The notes under the pieces were generated by a model. That model did no database searches and had not been told where the DNA came from. It saw only the letters and a list, made by a program, of their open reading frames with translations. Below are positions 39,701 through 53,899 of a stretch of DNA of 64,000 bases, in pieces. The position numbers and the translations under genes are program-made. The first letter of the stretch is position 1, and the number at the start of each line of letters is the position of its first letter. This DNA comes from Monocercomonoides exilis PA203 (lineage: Eukaryota > Protista > Preaxostyla), in the NCBI GenBank assembly GCA_001643675.2, contig LSRY02000007.1, forward strand, positions 744,001-808,000, in the 5' to 3' direction.

Positions 39701-42700
39701 TGCCACTTCATCCTTCTTCCCTCTCCCTGAGTATCCCTGCTGCAACCGCATGAGAGGAATACGCAACATCGCCACAAACGCCGTCAGATACGAAATGAAC
39801 TGCTTCTTCCGCTCTTTGTGTGCCCTCATCACTGCTTCCACGCCTGTCCCTTCTGCAAACGCTTCCTCTGCTTCTCAGTCATTCTCATTCGCTTCCTCTT
39901 CTTCTTCTACCTCTTCCTCCTCCTCCTCCTCCTCTTCTTCTTCTTCTTCTTCTTCCACAACCACATTATCTGTCCATCCCTCTGCACTTTCCTCGCACCA
40001 CAAGCGCATCTCCTCCACATCTGTGCTTCTTCTCTCATTCACGTCGCTCGCCTCTTTCTTCTCCATTTACGTGCAGCCCATCCTCAATGCCATCATCACC
40101 CACCCTGAACACTACTTCCTCCCTCTTCCCAATCAATCTGAAATCGCTGAGTCTCAAAAGAAATACAGCAACAACAGGAGAAAACGATACAGCCGCTTAA
40201 ATTGCTCAGGAGAGGCTGTCTTCGATGAGAGCGATGAATTCCCTTCGGTTCCTCAATCATCCAACACTTCTGCTTATTCTCCATTGTCTCCTTTATCTCC
40301 ATCATCTTCGCCTTCGTCTTCGTCTTCGTCTTCGTCTTCTGATTTTGCCTCATCCTTCACTCTTCTCAATCTGTACCAGTCTCAGCTGATGATGGATGTT
40401 GCCCTGAATGTACTTACAATGGCCACTTTTGTCGTCTGCATGCTTCAGCCCTCCTTTTCTGGTTCTTCCCCTTTTGAGCATTCTTCCGGCATGATCCCAT
40501 CCATCCTCACCGCCGCCTCTCTTCCTTCCTCCTTCAGCATCTCCAAGTCATTCATCACTTCCCTCTTTTCCTTCGTCTGCCCGCCTTCCTCTGTCATATC
40601 AGCCACTTCGCTGTGTTTGTGCCGTCCTGCTTTACTTCTGTTCTCCCAAACACCCAGCCGCTTATCTCCATCAAGCTCTGCGACTTCCTGCTCTTCTTCA
40701 TCTGCGGCTTCTTCTTCTTCTTCCGCTTCCGCTTCCCCTTCATCTTCTTCTTATTCAGTTCAACCATTGCCTTCTGCATCATTTTCATTGTTAAAACCAA
40801 CAAAAGCCAAAAGAGAAAAGAGAAAACCGCCACCCACACTCGAATCTACCTCCATATTAAGCTCATCCATCGTCTCAACTCCTCGCCGTTCTCAATCTCC
40901 TCGTCTGCACTCCTTTCATCCTTTCGCTCCTTCCTCTTGTTCTTCTTTGCCTTCCTCCTGTGCATCTTCCTTCGGCTCCACATTCGGTCGCACTTTGTCT
41001 GGAGAAGGTCCCTTTCCCTCGCCAAACAGCAGCGCTGTCAGCTATCTCCCTGCCAACTACTCATTCACCGACTATTGCTTCTCCTTCCCGAACTCTTCTG
41101 CCTCCAGTGAAATCTACCCTCTCATTGCTGACCTGCCTTCCACACTTCCTCCTCCAAAAAGACGTCCTCTTCCAGAATGGCAACAGCACACTTACGCCGC
41201 CCAGCTCTCCATCCTCCGCAGCTGCCAGTCGCTTCTCCTCTCTTCTGCACTCCATCTGCTGCAGTCCTTCCTTCCCTTGCTGTCTGTTATGATTCCCATC
41301 AGCCAGGCGCCTTCTCTGCTCAGCTGGGCACTCCGCACACTCGCCCTCATCCACCACACAGCTGAAGACTCTTCTGACAATCACCAACTTCATCAGCTTC
41401 AGCAGCTTCAGCAGCATCAATCTATAAGTACTGACGATCTTCCTCCAATCGATCCCGAGGCCTATCCTTCTTTCTTCGTGTCTAACCGCGACGATTTCCT
41501 CGACAGTGATCAGGTAGCTCCATCTGCTCAAGAGACAATGCTCGTTCAGTCGTCGTCTGTGTCTGTAGACCAGCTCAGGTTTCCCTCTGGCTACAAACAC
41601 ATCACTTCCCTTAGCCCCCAGACTCCCGTGTACAACGCACTCCTCGCCCTCATCCTGATCAGAATGTCCCATTCGCTTATTCACTTCTTTGTGATGGCGT
41701 CTCCCTCGTTTCTGAGGAACTCGAAGGTGATTTCACGAAGGATCTGCCTTCATGCACCACATCTGGAGATATTAACAGTTGTTTCGTCGTTTATTTCACA
41801 TTTTGTTAGTTTTATGAAACCACGGGACGACTTTTCAGAGCAATTGGAGGATGAAACGGATAATACTAGAATAATCACAAATGCACGTTTTTCTTCATCC
41901 TCCTCTTCTTCTTCTGCATCTTTTCAACCCCCTCCAGTGATCCACCCTTCACTTCAGCCTCTTCTACATCTACTGCTGACAATAAGCCCTGTTCTCCCTC
42001 TGTCTGTCTCCCGCTCTGTGATGGAGCTGATGACTCTCCCATTCGTTTCATTGACTTCTGCTTTGGATACTCTCCCTCTATCTGCCTTCTCTTCTTCCTC
42101 CTATTCTTCTTCTCTTAAAGATGCCTCTCATTATTCTCTATTTGACTCTGCTCTGATGATCATCCAGATGTCAGGCGATGTCCAGACAAGAATCGACCGC
42201 TGGTCCTCGGGCGTCAACTCTTCAGCGCTGATAGAGTCATTGAGACAGTCAAATTCTGAGAGCGAAAAAGAAAAAGATGATGAAAAGAAGGCTTCTTCAG
42301 CATCATCATCATCAAAAGACAATGACTATTCAGATGAGCAGTTTATTTTTGAAAAACTGCCCTTTTTGGATGCTTGTCCATCACATGTGGTTGGAAGTGT
42401 GTTGGAGAGATTTTTGATGAAAATATGGGAACAAGCAAGAAGATCAATGCTGAGGAACGAGGAAAAGAAAAGGCAAGCAAAAGAAAAGAGATATGAACGT
42501 GACACACGAGGCAGGAAAAGGAAAGTTAAGAACGACATTTCAGCCAATCCAAAAGATCCAAATGAATCCAGCAGCAAAGACCATTCCAACGAATACGGTG
42601 AATACGAAGACGACGACGAGTATCTGAGGAAGTGGAACGATGCTACCTCAGTCACGTCTCATCAACATAAGCAGAATGGCTGCTGGTGCAGTGCAGTGAC

Positions 42701-45700
42701 AGTCAACGAGGATTTTAGCAGCGATCTGTTTAGTGAGCTCTTCGAAGAGAACAGAGAAGATAAAGAGCGCGCCCGCCTCTTCAAAGAGACGCTGGACGAG
42801 TTCGGGCTGTCCAAGTTCAACTCTCCTGACTGTATCGTCGTGCAGCACATGATCGCCTTCCACAACTTAGCGAAGTCAATCACGCAGACGCTCCTTGCGC
42901 TCATCCCTTTTCTCACTGAGAACCCGCCATCTTCGCTTTTGGTGTACTTCATCGCAGTCTTCACGCTCACTCCTTTCTTTGTACTGCCATCTGTTATTCC
43001 TCCACTGCTTGCTGCTTTGAGCTCTCCTTCTTTGTTCGACGAAGCTGCTCTGGACGATCTCATAGCTGCTGTAGTGAAGTTCTTTGTGCCGAAAAAGAGG
43101 GCGCAGTATGAGCTGGCCGACAGCAACGAACGGAATGAGATGTGTCCCTCCTTCTTCACTCCGATGTCCATCTGCCGCCTGCGGTACATCATGTCCTTCT
43201 CACTCCCGTACTGCCCGACTCCTCTGCACCACTACATGTTCCCTCTGCCCAGCCACCCAACAGTGTCAGATGCCCGCTCGTTTCTGTACATGCTGCTGTG
43301 GAAGCTGCGTGTGGTGCTGTCCATCGAAGACCGCACTCTGCTCACCAGCTCCATCGACTTCATGAAATTGGACTTGAACATCGAAAACTGCCGAAAGAAG
43401 AGGTGCTATGTGCTTCTGAGAGGCGCCAGGAATAACCAGCAGGATCAGGCGCTTTCGTTTGGACTGAGAAATGCTGAAGGGGTTGGTGCGATTAACAGCA
43501 AGAATTATGTGGCTAATCGAAGAGGCGGTGCATCTGATGATGAGGACGATGATACGAGCGATAGCAGCATCGGAAGCAACTTCATTGAAGAGGAAGATTT
43601 GCAGTTCAGTGAATGCGATCGCTCAGCCCTTTCATTTTATTGCGCAACTGCATTGTGGATTTATGACGATGATGTCAGCAGCAAAAAACGTTCAAGTGAT
43701 AAATCATCAGATATTGCATCTTCAGTCATATTGTACAAAAATTCAAATCAGGATTCCTCGTTATCTGCAGTTTCATCGTGTTCCAATGATTCGGTAAGTT
43801 CATCAAATTCCTCATCATCACATTTGCGTTCCAATCGTGACTTCATCGCCAGCCATTCCATTGACGATGTCTACCAACTTGGAAACAGCATCCCATCGCA
43901 TTTGCTCTTCCTCTCATCCATTCCGCTCGTCCCTCTCCGCAAGCTGCTTTCTCTGATGACCCGTCGGCTCCTCTTCCTCTGCACCATCCAGCAGCTGCTC
44001 GTGATCTCCATCAACCCGCTCCACAACTTCAGCGACTGGGCAAGCCGGCTATATGTGCTGCAGCACACAGCAATTGAGTGCATTTCTCTGGTTCTTGTGC
44101 TCAGCGTGTTCTGCTCCGAGTCGTATTCGGTTGATCTCATCCAGTTGGAGTCTCCTCAGTCGGTGTTCAAATACCTCTCCTCTTCTCAAACGTCACTCAT
44201 TCCTTCCTTGTTCTGCCAATCGCTGCCTTATCTCACCAACGTTTTCAGTCTTTTGATTCCAGATGCGTTTCTTTCTGCCCTTCTCTTCTGCATTTCCAAC
44301 AACAAATACTCTTCATTGAGCACTGTCCAGTTCCCAACAGAGCCGTCCACGTTTGTGTTCAGTGTGCTGATGAACCAGCTTTCGTGTGCTTTGTATCTTG
44401 TCTCTTATGCTCTTTCCTCAACTTCGCTTTCCACTGCTCGCGCAATTTGTGTCTCGTTCTGCCTTTTCGCTGCGGATCTTCTGCAGCGTCTGCACAAATC
44501 AGCCCTCGCCTTTGCTGCGCTTTCGGGAATCATCAATTCCAAGCTGAAGCACAAAAGCAGGCTGTCCATTCAATCTATTCTGGACTCCATTCATTCGGTC
44601 ACATTCACCCTGCTGCGTGTTGTGTTCTCTGTGCCAAGCAACTGCGCTGTACCACTCGGCGTCACACGCTTCCTTTCTCTCTCTGACAGCTCGCTCATTC
44701 TGCTCATTCTCGGAGAAACTCTCATCTCCTCAACTCTCTCTTCTCCACTCAACAACATCCCTTCTGAGTTTTCTGTGTATTCCTGTGAAAGGTCAGACCT
44801 CCTACAGACACTTGACAGGACACTGAAGATTATGCAGCAGACGACTGAGACATTAAAGATCATTGGAAAAGCTACAGAACTCAAACAAACAAACGATGTT
44901 GTTGAGCAAAGCAAGCAGCTGTCAGATGCAGTCACATTGCTGAATCATGTTCTGCAGTCAGTAAAGAAAAGCATACGAAAGCCAAAAATACACAAAAAGA
45001 GGAAATGGGAAACTTTGTTAGGAGCATTCAAGCACACAATGAAGCAAGAGATTGTTTCGCACTTCACAGACTCAGTCCACTTTTCAAAGAAACAAAATGA
45101 AAGCCAAAGAAGCACAGTGGCAAGCACTGCCACTCCTTCCTATGAAACACGGCGGTCTCCCTTCGCCATTGCGCCTTTTGACACACCTTCTGCTTCTTAT
45201 CTGCTTCCTTTTGTACAGCACGATGTTGTTAGCAATCAGGAAGAGGAAGAAGATGAAGAATTTGAAGATGACGAGGAAGACGAAAATGTCTTTGTGGGTA
45301 GAGCACAAGGCAATTTAAGAGACAACAGCAAGGAAGCGAATGGCAAAGGAATTGCGCGAGATAACAGCTCTAATCAGTCCATTCAGCTCAAGCGGATGCA
45401 CAGAACGCAGCATCTTGCACAGAAGCTGATGGCAAAGCGAAGAGAGAAGAAGATGAAGAAGAAGCAGAAGCTGCTGATGATGGACGAGTGGCGTTTTGCA
45501 GCGAAGGAGAAGCTGATGATGAACTCCATCTGCACATCGGATGACATGATGGCATCGGAAGAGACGCTTCTGCGCCATCGGCTGTGGATAGAGACTGACG
45601 GCAACATTGACATCAGCACGGGCAAAAGATACGGAAGTGATGAAGACAATGAAGTCGATGATAACGCTCACAGCGAAGAAGAGCAGCCAACAAAGCTTGT

Positions 45701-48700
45701 GGAAGATGAAAGCGAAGAAGAATGCATTGAAGATGATGAAAACGAAGCTCGTTATATGATTTTTGAGACTCAAAAGATCATATTCCACTTCTACGTCATT
45801 CTTTTGGAGAGAATGATCAAGTCCTTGTATTCATTTCTTGAGTTGGAGTATTCTTCTCTGATAAACCCATCTTCATCTTCAGCTTCATCAGCTTCTTCTT
45901 CTTCTTCTTCAACGCCTTGCTCTTCTTCAACTATGTTAACCGCTTCTTCCTCTTCTCCTCCCCGTTTTCTGTCCAACATTATCAACATAAAGTTACCCCG
46001 ATTCACCAAATTCCACTCGCCTGTTTCCATTCTGTCGTCGTTCTTGTGCACAAGCTCTGTGGATCTGCTGCTCCATCCAAATCAATGCTCTTGCCCAATG
46101 GCCTTCGCACTGGGTGACATCGACCGCCTGCCGCCTGAAAAGGAGCTGGCGTCGCTGCAGCCAAAGATGCCTCCCAGCTTCAAGGACGAACAGAACTTCG
46201 ATCGGGAAGGAAAGCTGGGCAGTTTGGGACAATATTCAGAGGCTGATGAAATGGAAAAGCAGAAAGAAGACGAAGAACTGGCAAAGATATTGTTTGAGAC
46301 AAACAACGATCATACTCTTCAGAAGACGTTCTCGTGTCCTTCAACACTCCATCTTCCGTTTTTCGTTCCGTCTGCCTCTTTTCTGCCTGCAGTTGCAGCA
46401 GTCGTCAGTTTAACTCCCGTAAAGCATTCTATTTCTGCGAACTCTGCAATGCTCTCACACTTCTTTTCTCCTTCCGCTTCTGATGGATCTGATCCGTTTG
46501 GAGTGTCTGTTTCTCTGTCGGCCTCGTTTGATGAGTCTGAGCTTTCGTTCTCAGACATATTCGACAAGGCTGATGGATACAGCGATGAAGAAAGCGACTC
46601 TTCGCATTCTTCGTCTGCTGCTGCACGGTCAAATAGGAGCATTCCATGTGATGAAGATATCTTCGACTCATCAAGAAGGAAATACGATGTGGAACAGGAA
46701 GGGATTTTGATACCTGGTGACTCTCCTTTTCTGTCATTCTTTGAGGAATCAACAGAAATATCGCATGCTGCTTCGTCGGCTGCATCAGCGACAGCAACAT
46801 CATTCACTCCCACTTCTGCATCATCATCGCCCTCGTCTTCTGTCTTTTCGCAGTCTGCTGGCTATCAATCAGACAGCATGTCAAACACAGAGGGGAGCGA
46901 TGTGGATCCGTTTTCGCAGAATTATTCGTATTCAGACTCAAACACCTCAGCACAGGCATCACTTAAGAACACTCCATTGCTACTGCAATCAAATACCGCA
47001 AAGGACGAAGATGATCACGTTTTGATTGACGATGATTTATCTTCTGCTTCATCAAGATCGCTTTCAAACAACTCTTCGAATCATTCGCATCGTGCTAGCG
47101 AGAGTTCTAACTCAGATGTTGAGAATACAAATGACGATAGCAAAATGGAAACGAATGAAGAGGAGAAGTTGTTTGAAAAGAAGAAAGAGCCAGAGCTATT
47201 TCCTTTGCCCTCGACTATATCGCCAGCCACTGCTGCTTCGCTTCAGCGATCGATTGGGCGTATGTTGGGCAATTCGCTGGAAGAGGTTGCAGAGGAAGAT
47301 GAAGAAGAACTTGAATCGGAGGAAGCGAACAGTGAGGATTTCAATCAAAAGCAGAGGGAAATAAATGAAATTCTGGCGAAGTTTCAGAAGGACATGCGAG
47401 AAAGAGGGGAGAAGAAGAGAATTGCGGAACGGGAAAAGAGAAATAGAGCAAACGACAGATTCGAGGAAGAAGAAGATGATAATGATGAATATTTCTGCAA
47501 AGATTCTGGCAAAAGCATAGACGATGACAGTGAAAGTCAAAAAGAAATCATTCATTCTAGTGGTAAAGAGAAAGAAAATGAAGAGCATCATGAAGATGCT
47601 CTTGAAAAGGCTGAAGATTACGAGGACTCTCAAAGAAGATATCAATCAGACACGGAAGATGAAGAAGACTACCATTCATCAAGACATCAGCAAAGCAGCG
47701 AAGAGTATAGCTCTTCAAACAGAGAAAGAGAACAAAGCGAATCTGCAGAAAGAGCCAAGGAACAAGACGATATTGACAGCTTAGATGAGCTTTTGACTCC
47801 TCCACTTGAGTCTGAATCAGACGAAGATTGGAGCATCAACGAAGAAATGATCCAAAAACTGCAAAAACACAATCCTCCATTCAGCGATTATTCATCCGCT
47901 GAGCAAAAGGATGCATTCCAAAGCTCAGGCAGGCAAGTTTCGTTTGCTGTGCCTGCCAGGCCGAAATCTTCGTCGTGCTGTTTTCCTTCCTCAAGTCACA
48001 CTCATTCTGCTTCGCGCCCACCTCTTCCTCGTCCACCTTCAGCGTCTTCTCGATTAACACATCCACCACATCCTTCGTCGGCTCATTCGAATTTACCATC
48101 TTCGCATGAAATGCCTTCATCTGATGAACATGTGACCATTTGTGAAGAAGCCGAAAGAAATGCTGTTACAATTGAATCAGAGTCAAATGAAACATCTTTG
48201 AAAACAGACGGAAAAGTGATAGATACAAAAGAGTACAGATGTTTAAGTGCACCTCAACGACACACGCACCCGATGGATGCGCAACTGTCAAAAAATGCAA
48301 CAGCCGGTCTTGTAATAAAGAATGATAATATTCAGCAGTCAAAGTCCGTTTATTTGAATCCAGAAAACATTTCTATAAAGCATTCTGTGCCAACACGCCC
48401 TGTTTCTTCAAGTGCAATCACGTCAGATAGCCATAGTTTATCGCCTTCTCTTAACCCGATCCTCAATCCTCCAAATTGTGGAAATGCGAAAATTGACTCG
48501 TATGATTCATCCTCTCTTGTTGTGTGTCCTCTTCCTGCTTCTCTTCCAACCTCTCCTCGTTCCTTCACATATCAGATTCCAAAGCATTCAGGACTTGCTC
48601 ATTCTTCTTCACATCGGAGAAAGATTCCCCCTCGTCCCAGGCAGTTCAAGCGTTTTATGGGAAAAGATGGACTTTTGCTGCTTACAAAAGAAGAGGAAGA

Positions 48701-49226
48701 GGAAGAAAAAAGGTGGAGAGAGAAGAAAGGAAAAGCGAAAAAAGAGGGGAAAGATAACAGCAGTGAAGAAGGCTCGGAAGCGTCAGAAGATGATTTGGTG
48801 TATGACGACGTTGATGGTGATACTGATGCTGAAATAGATGCCGATGAAGAATGCAATGAAGAAGAGGAGGCTGAAGAAGATGCGGATGATGGAGCAAAAG
48901 TTAAGTCAAAAGAGTGCAACGATGAGGAAGGAGCTAAAACTCAAAGCAGAGCAGAGCTTCAGAACGTTCAGACATCTTCTGCTTTGGATGAAGAAGCCCA
49001 AGCCTTATGCTCAGCCGAAACTTCTTCAAAAACCAGTGAAGAGGAAGATGACGATACAGTTTATCTTTATGTTAAAGGAGAAATCGACAGAGTTGATGAA
49101 CTGTTTCAGCATTCCCCTGAGCACAATGATGGTTCAAGTTGCTTTGATCCGAACTCTTACAAATCTGATAGCGGGGTTGGGGATAAAAGTCTCTCTGATC
49201 CACCCAATCCCAATACAACGCCTTAA
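35838..49226 (+). CDS. Giant Ser/Glu-rich hypothetical protein, ~4,437 aa, with hydrophobic helical (possibly ARM/HEAT-like) segments
   Basis: Exon 1 35838-35895 (MSYPDILSTELPSKFVQFK), 75 nt GT-AG intron 35896-35970, exon 2 35971-49226 in frame with the 4409-codon ORF. No domain recognised. Confidence 0.8.
39048..39116 (+). repeat. Degenerate 9 bp coding tandem repeat (QSx)n
   Basis: Encodes SQSAQSVQSIQSVQSTQSNQSNQ. Confidence 0.7.
39630..39698 (+). repeat. Perfect (TCT)23 coding microsatellite, poly-Ser
   Basis: Uninterrupted TCT run encoding 23 Ser. Confidence 0.9.
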
Positions 49227-49688
49227 TTTTTTAAAAAAAAAATAATTGTATGTAATTTAGATGTATTTTTTTGTTTGGTTTTATTTTCTTACAAATAGTC
49301 TTTTTTTATTTTCAGTTACATCTGTCTTCTTATTCGCTTTCGCGGATGCTTTTCATCCAAACATTCTTTTTGATATTCTTTCTGTCGAATTTTATGTTTC
49401 GTTAAGCATTTTGTATTTTGTAATTAGAATGAGAAAAAAAATAAAAATAAATTGAGATAATTAGCTTATTTGCCTTCATTATCAAATTTTTGAGTGAATT
49501 GTAAAAATAAAAATAAAAACAAATTTTTTTTTTGTTCAAAAAACAAAAACAAACGAAACGAAGCACGGAAATCGAAATTGAAGAAGTGTGCAATATTAGA
49601 AAATTGACAGTGAGATAAGAATTAGCTGGTGATGTGTTCGAACTAAAAAATCAACATGTGAAGAAGAAAAAGCGAAAAAGAAGAATGC

Positions 49689-52369
49689 TCAGCGAGGAAG
49701 AGGACGATTGACAGGCTTGGCCGGAGCTGATAAATAGATGTGAAAAGTAAACAATCATTTGAAAGAAAAAGATAGACAGATAGAGGGAAAAACAATAGAA
49801 CCGCAAACCAATTTTGCCTCCTTTCGCCGCAATCTGCGCCACGAACCGTTCTCCTCTGGCTTTGATGGTCTTAATCTCCGCGTCGTTCGTCTGGACGAGA
49901 TTGTCTCTTTTCTCCTTCTCCACCTCATAAGTAAAGTACAACGAGCGGATGTCTTCCTCGCACATCACCTGCCTTTCTGTGGTCTCTCTCTTCAGGAGGT
50001 CCTCTTCGTGTTCGAGTGCAGCTGTCAATTCTGTGTGCTGCTTCTTGTTCTGCTCCAGCGCCTCTTCCAAGTCCCGCACTTTCTCGTCTCTTTCCGCCTG
50101 CTTCTTTGCCAGTTGCTTTTCTTGCTCTGTCCGTTGCATCTTCAGCTGCGCCGTCAATTCGTCTGATGCTGACTTCACTTCTGCAATGGCCTTTTCAACT
50201 TTGCGTATCTCTTTGTCTACTCTGATGCACAACCGCTCAGTGTGACGATAATCGTGCATAATCTGTGTTGAGTTTAAACAAAAATGTATGAAAAATTGCA
50301 AGAGAAGAAGAAAAATTAAAGCAAAACAAAATAAAAAAAATTTAATTAATTATATTATTTTTAAAGGGGAAAATAAGCAATTACAATATAAGTGCAGTCA
50401 AAGAAGAAAAAAAATGAATATTGATTTATAAAATACACCTAAACATTGAACAACAACCGCATTGTATCATACCTGTGGTAAATGACCCAGCTCTCTCAGC
50501 AAATGCGCAATCTCGTCCTTCATTCTCATTGGATGCGCATTCTTCTTTGATTGTCTGTTTCTTTTGCAAATGGCTGCAAGATCAGTCACGACTTGTCTGG
50601 AAAGCAACGATCCAGTAATTGTCAGTGTAAGGATCGTAGTGTTTGGAGAAAGCGACGAAACAAACGATGGTCCACATTCTATATAAATCGTGAAATAATC
50701 ACATTTTGATGCAAAAATGATATCATCATTGAAGTGATTTTCAAAAAGCATTTCATTGATAAAGTTAAAAATAATCCAAAGAAGAAATAAGAAAATAAAT
50801 ATCAAACGTTCTGGAATAAAGTTTCCATCAAGGTGAAGAGTTGTAAGTGTATGGTTAACAGAAACTGCAGAAAGTAAGTCAGTGGCTAAATTGCGCAAAT
50901 GCATCGAGTTGAGTTTATGATGCCAATTTAATAAAGAAATGGCAAAATAATGTTTACAAAGAAATATGAAGTATACCTCCAGCTCCTTCAATTTTGCATT
51001 GCGATAGGTTCAAGAAAGTCAATGTTGTGTTGCTATTGAGTAAATAAAATTGCAATTTCATTTGTATTATGATATTGAACAGTTTCAAGAAGATTAAAAA
51101 AGAATGATTGAATCAAAATAAAATGTAAAGAATGCATAATTAAAAAAAAACTGTAAAAGTACAAAAAATAACTGAAGCATACGTTCTAAGAGCTTCTGCA
51201 ATAGATGCAGCTCCTTGTCCAACGGGGTTATTCTCCATTGATAGTGACTGAAGGGCAGCAAGTGGATTTTTCAGCAGAACAGCCAAAGCAGCACAGCCAA
51301 CTGGGCCACATCCGCATCCGCTGATAGAAAGTGATGTGAGGACAGGAAGTACTCCATTACTCTTCCCTCGAACAAGCGCAGACGCAATAGCATGGATACC
51401 ATACTCCTCCACTGCGCAATCTCGCATTGAAAGTGTTTGCAGCGTTCGATTTACAGCAAGTGCAGATGACAATTCATCAGCTCCTCGAGCACCTAAAGGA
51501 ACTCCATCCAGGATCAGTGTTGATAACGCCATGTTCGTCATTAGAGTCTTTGACAGCGCATCAAATGCTCCAAATTGGAGATCTTTATTCCCTGATATGT
51601 CCAAGTGTGTGACGCTGCTGTTCTCTTTCAGTGCAGTTAAAAGTCTCATAGCAGCTCTTGTTGTCATTCCTGTTGTTCCGAGCTCAACATCGTGTAAAGT
51701 TTCGTGTGTGTTAATAATGTTAACCAAAGATTCTGCAATTTCCATGTCTATTCCCCCGGACTGTGAAGCAGATGAAGCAGATGCAGAAGAGCCCGTAGTT
51801 CCAGATACAAATATTGGATTTCGATTAAATCCCAGTCTGGCAATTGTAAGATTGGATTCTAATCCTTTTAAAATGCATTTAGCTCCAGTTGGGCCAATGT
51901 TATTACCATGCAAGGCATCGCTCATGCTTCCTAATAAAAGAGTCTCAATCGATTGATTTGATTGAAGCATGTGTCCAATAGAAATTGAACCTTCATCGCC
52001 TATATCATTTGATTCTACATTTAGATATGTTAGTGATGAATTCATTTGAGCCAGCTGCATGATTGCAACACATCCAATATCTCCAATCATGTTGTTTGAA
52101 AGGTCAAGAGAAAACAGCTCGTGCTTCTTTAGTCCCTTTGCAAGTGCAATTGAAGAATTTACTCCAAGGCGCAATTTACTAAGGTTAAGATGCCCTTGCT
52201 CGAGAGGGCGAATGATTCTCCGACGAAGGAGCTCTAAATCCTCAGTTTGTGGTTCTTCTTCATTGTCTATTGAAAAGTAATGATAATAAAAAATATTAAT
52301 TTATAAGAATGTACAAATACCTTTTGCGCGGGCTTGATGCAATTCTGAAATGAATTCTTCAATCTCCAT
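49689..52369 (-). CDS. RNI-like leucine-rich repeat protein with C-terminal coiled coil (about 7 exons)
   Basis: ATG 52369 (MEIEEFISELHQARAK), intron 52320-52267, LRRs LDLSNNMIGDIGC, LNVESNDIGDEGS, LTTLHLDGNFI, a Glu/Lys coiled-coil exon at ~50260-49810, and a last exon PAKPVNRPLPR ending in TGA 49691-49689. Joins the track ORFs 51140-52174, 50467-50991 and 49651-50301. Confidence 0.8.
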
Positions 52370-52439
52370 TGAGTAACAGTTAAAAGAACAACCGTTCGAG
52401 ATCAAAAATAATATTCATTGGGAAAGATCTTATCAGAAA
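52370..52439. promoter_or_regulatory. 70 bp bidirectional promoter region
   Basis: Between divergent ATGs at 52369 (-) and 52440 (+). Confidence 0.55.
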
Positions 52440-53899
52440 ATGGCTGAAAGCAAAGTGGGAAAGAAAATATCTTTCTCTTTCGGTAAAGCTCCTATTAACA
52501 TTTCACAAAAAAAGCAAAAGCCAAAAAATAAAGAAACATATACGCTTTTTGTTGATGAAACTGGTGTTTCAAGGTAAATTGATATTTATTTCTTTATAAA
52601 CAGAAGTTTCATGAATTAATTGATTTCTTTCTTCATAAATTTTAGTGATAGGCCTGAAAAAAATGATTCTTTAGTTATACTTCCACAAAAGAAGGAACCT
52701 TTTCAAATTACTCCTGTTGAATGTATTTTTATTTTCTTTTTCTTTAAATCAAATATTTATGTTATGATTGAATTATTTATGTATATTCAGCGAGAGGCAC
52801 AAAAAGCGATGATATTCCTCCTGAAACAACACAGAACGCTTCAACAGATAATCGTTCTCAAAAACCCATCAACAGTTTTTTGCTATCAGGAAGAAGGAAA
52901 GTTGTTTGTTTATTCCATTACTCAACGTTTAATTGCTTTTTCGTAGGATATTGAATCGTTGCCAGAAGCAGATGATCGATTTGAAGTGCCTATTGATGAT
53001 TTTGGTCTTGCTTTTTTGAGAGGTCATGGATGGTCTGATGGAGCACCAATTGGTTATGGGCAGACAAAGTTTGAATTTTAATTACTTTTTGTGACGTATT
53101 AATATTTTTTTATTTATGTTCTGTGAATATTTATTTTTTGAATCTCACAATACATTTAAATATGTTAACTCCTTTGTATATATAAAGGCCAGCTGAGGTG
53201 TTTGATGCACAGCCACGTCCAGACAGACTAGGACTTGGAGTTGAGCTTGCAGATGATGAACAGAGAGAAATGTTTCTCAAAATTGCACAAAAGAAAAAGA
53301 AAGAACGAGAAAATCGAATGGACGATTTACTTAACCAAAAAAGAAAGAAACAAGAAGAAAAAGGAATTAAATCAGAAGCTATTTCTGATTTACTTAATGC
53401 TCATTCTCTTGTTAAAGTTGCAGGAGCCGATGGGCAACTGATTGATAGCAGCAGCAACAGTGGAATATTTGCAGAAAGCATGGAAACTGTTGATTCTGAG
53501 GAAAGCGAAGAATTGTCTGAGTCTGAAGATGACAAAGAAAAAATTCAAAGCAAAAATCATACTGAAAAAAGATTGCCGACTTCCTATCATGACAATGAGG
53601 ATACTCAGCATGAAAACTGTTTATCATCTATGCACTTACCAAAAAGTGATGAATATTCTGAAAGTGATGACGATGATATTCGAAGCGAAAAGCTGAGACA
53701 ACAAAAAAAGGCAGAGCGAAATGAGAAGCAACTGGGATTTGAGAGTTCTTCCGATTCATCAGACGAGCGATCAAGCGGAGCAGCATCGCATAGAAGGAAT
53801 GCAGATTGTCACAGGCGCCACAGTCACTCTCACACGTCGCATTCTCATTCACATTCGCATTCACATCACAGCTATTCATCTCATCATTCACGTCATTAA
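52440..53899 (+). CDS. Spp2/MOS2/GPKOW-type G-patch protein (candidate Prp2/DHX16 cofactor), 5 exons
   Basis: MAESKVGKKISFSFG start. Spliced G-patch EVPIDDFGLAFLRGHGWSDGAPIGYGQTK|PAEVFDAQPRPDRLGLG matches the Spp2-type VPVEEFGxALLRGMGW..RPxxLGLG pattern. His/Ser-repeat tail; no KOW domain seen. Confidence 0.75.
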
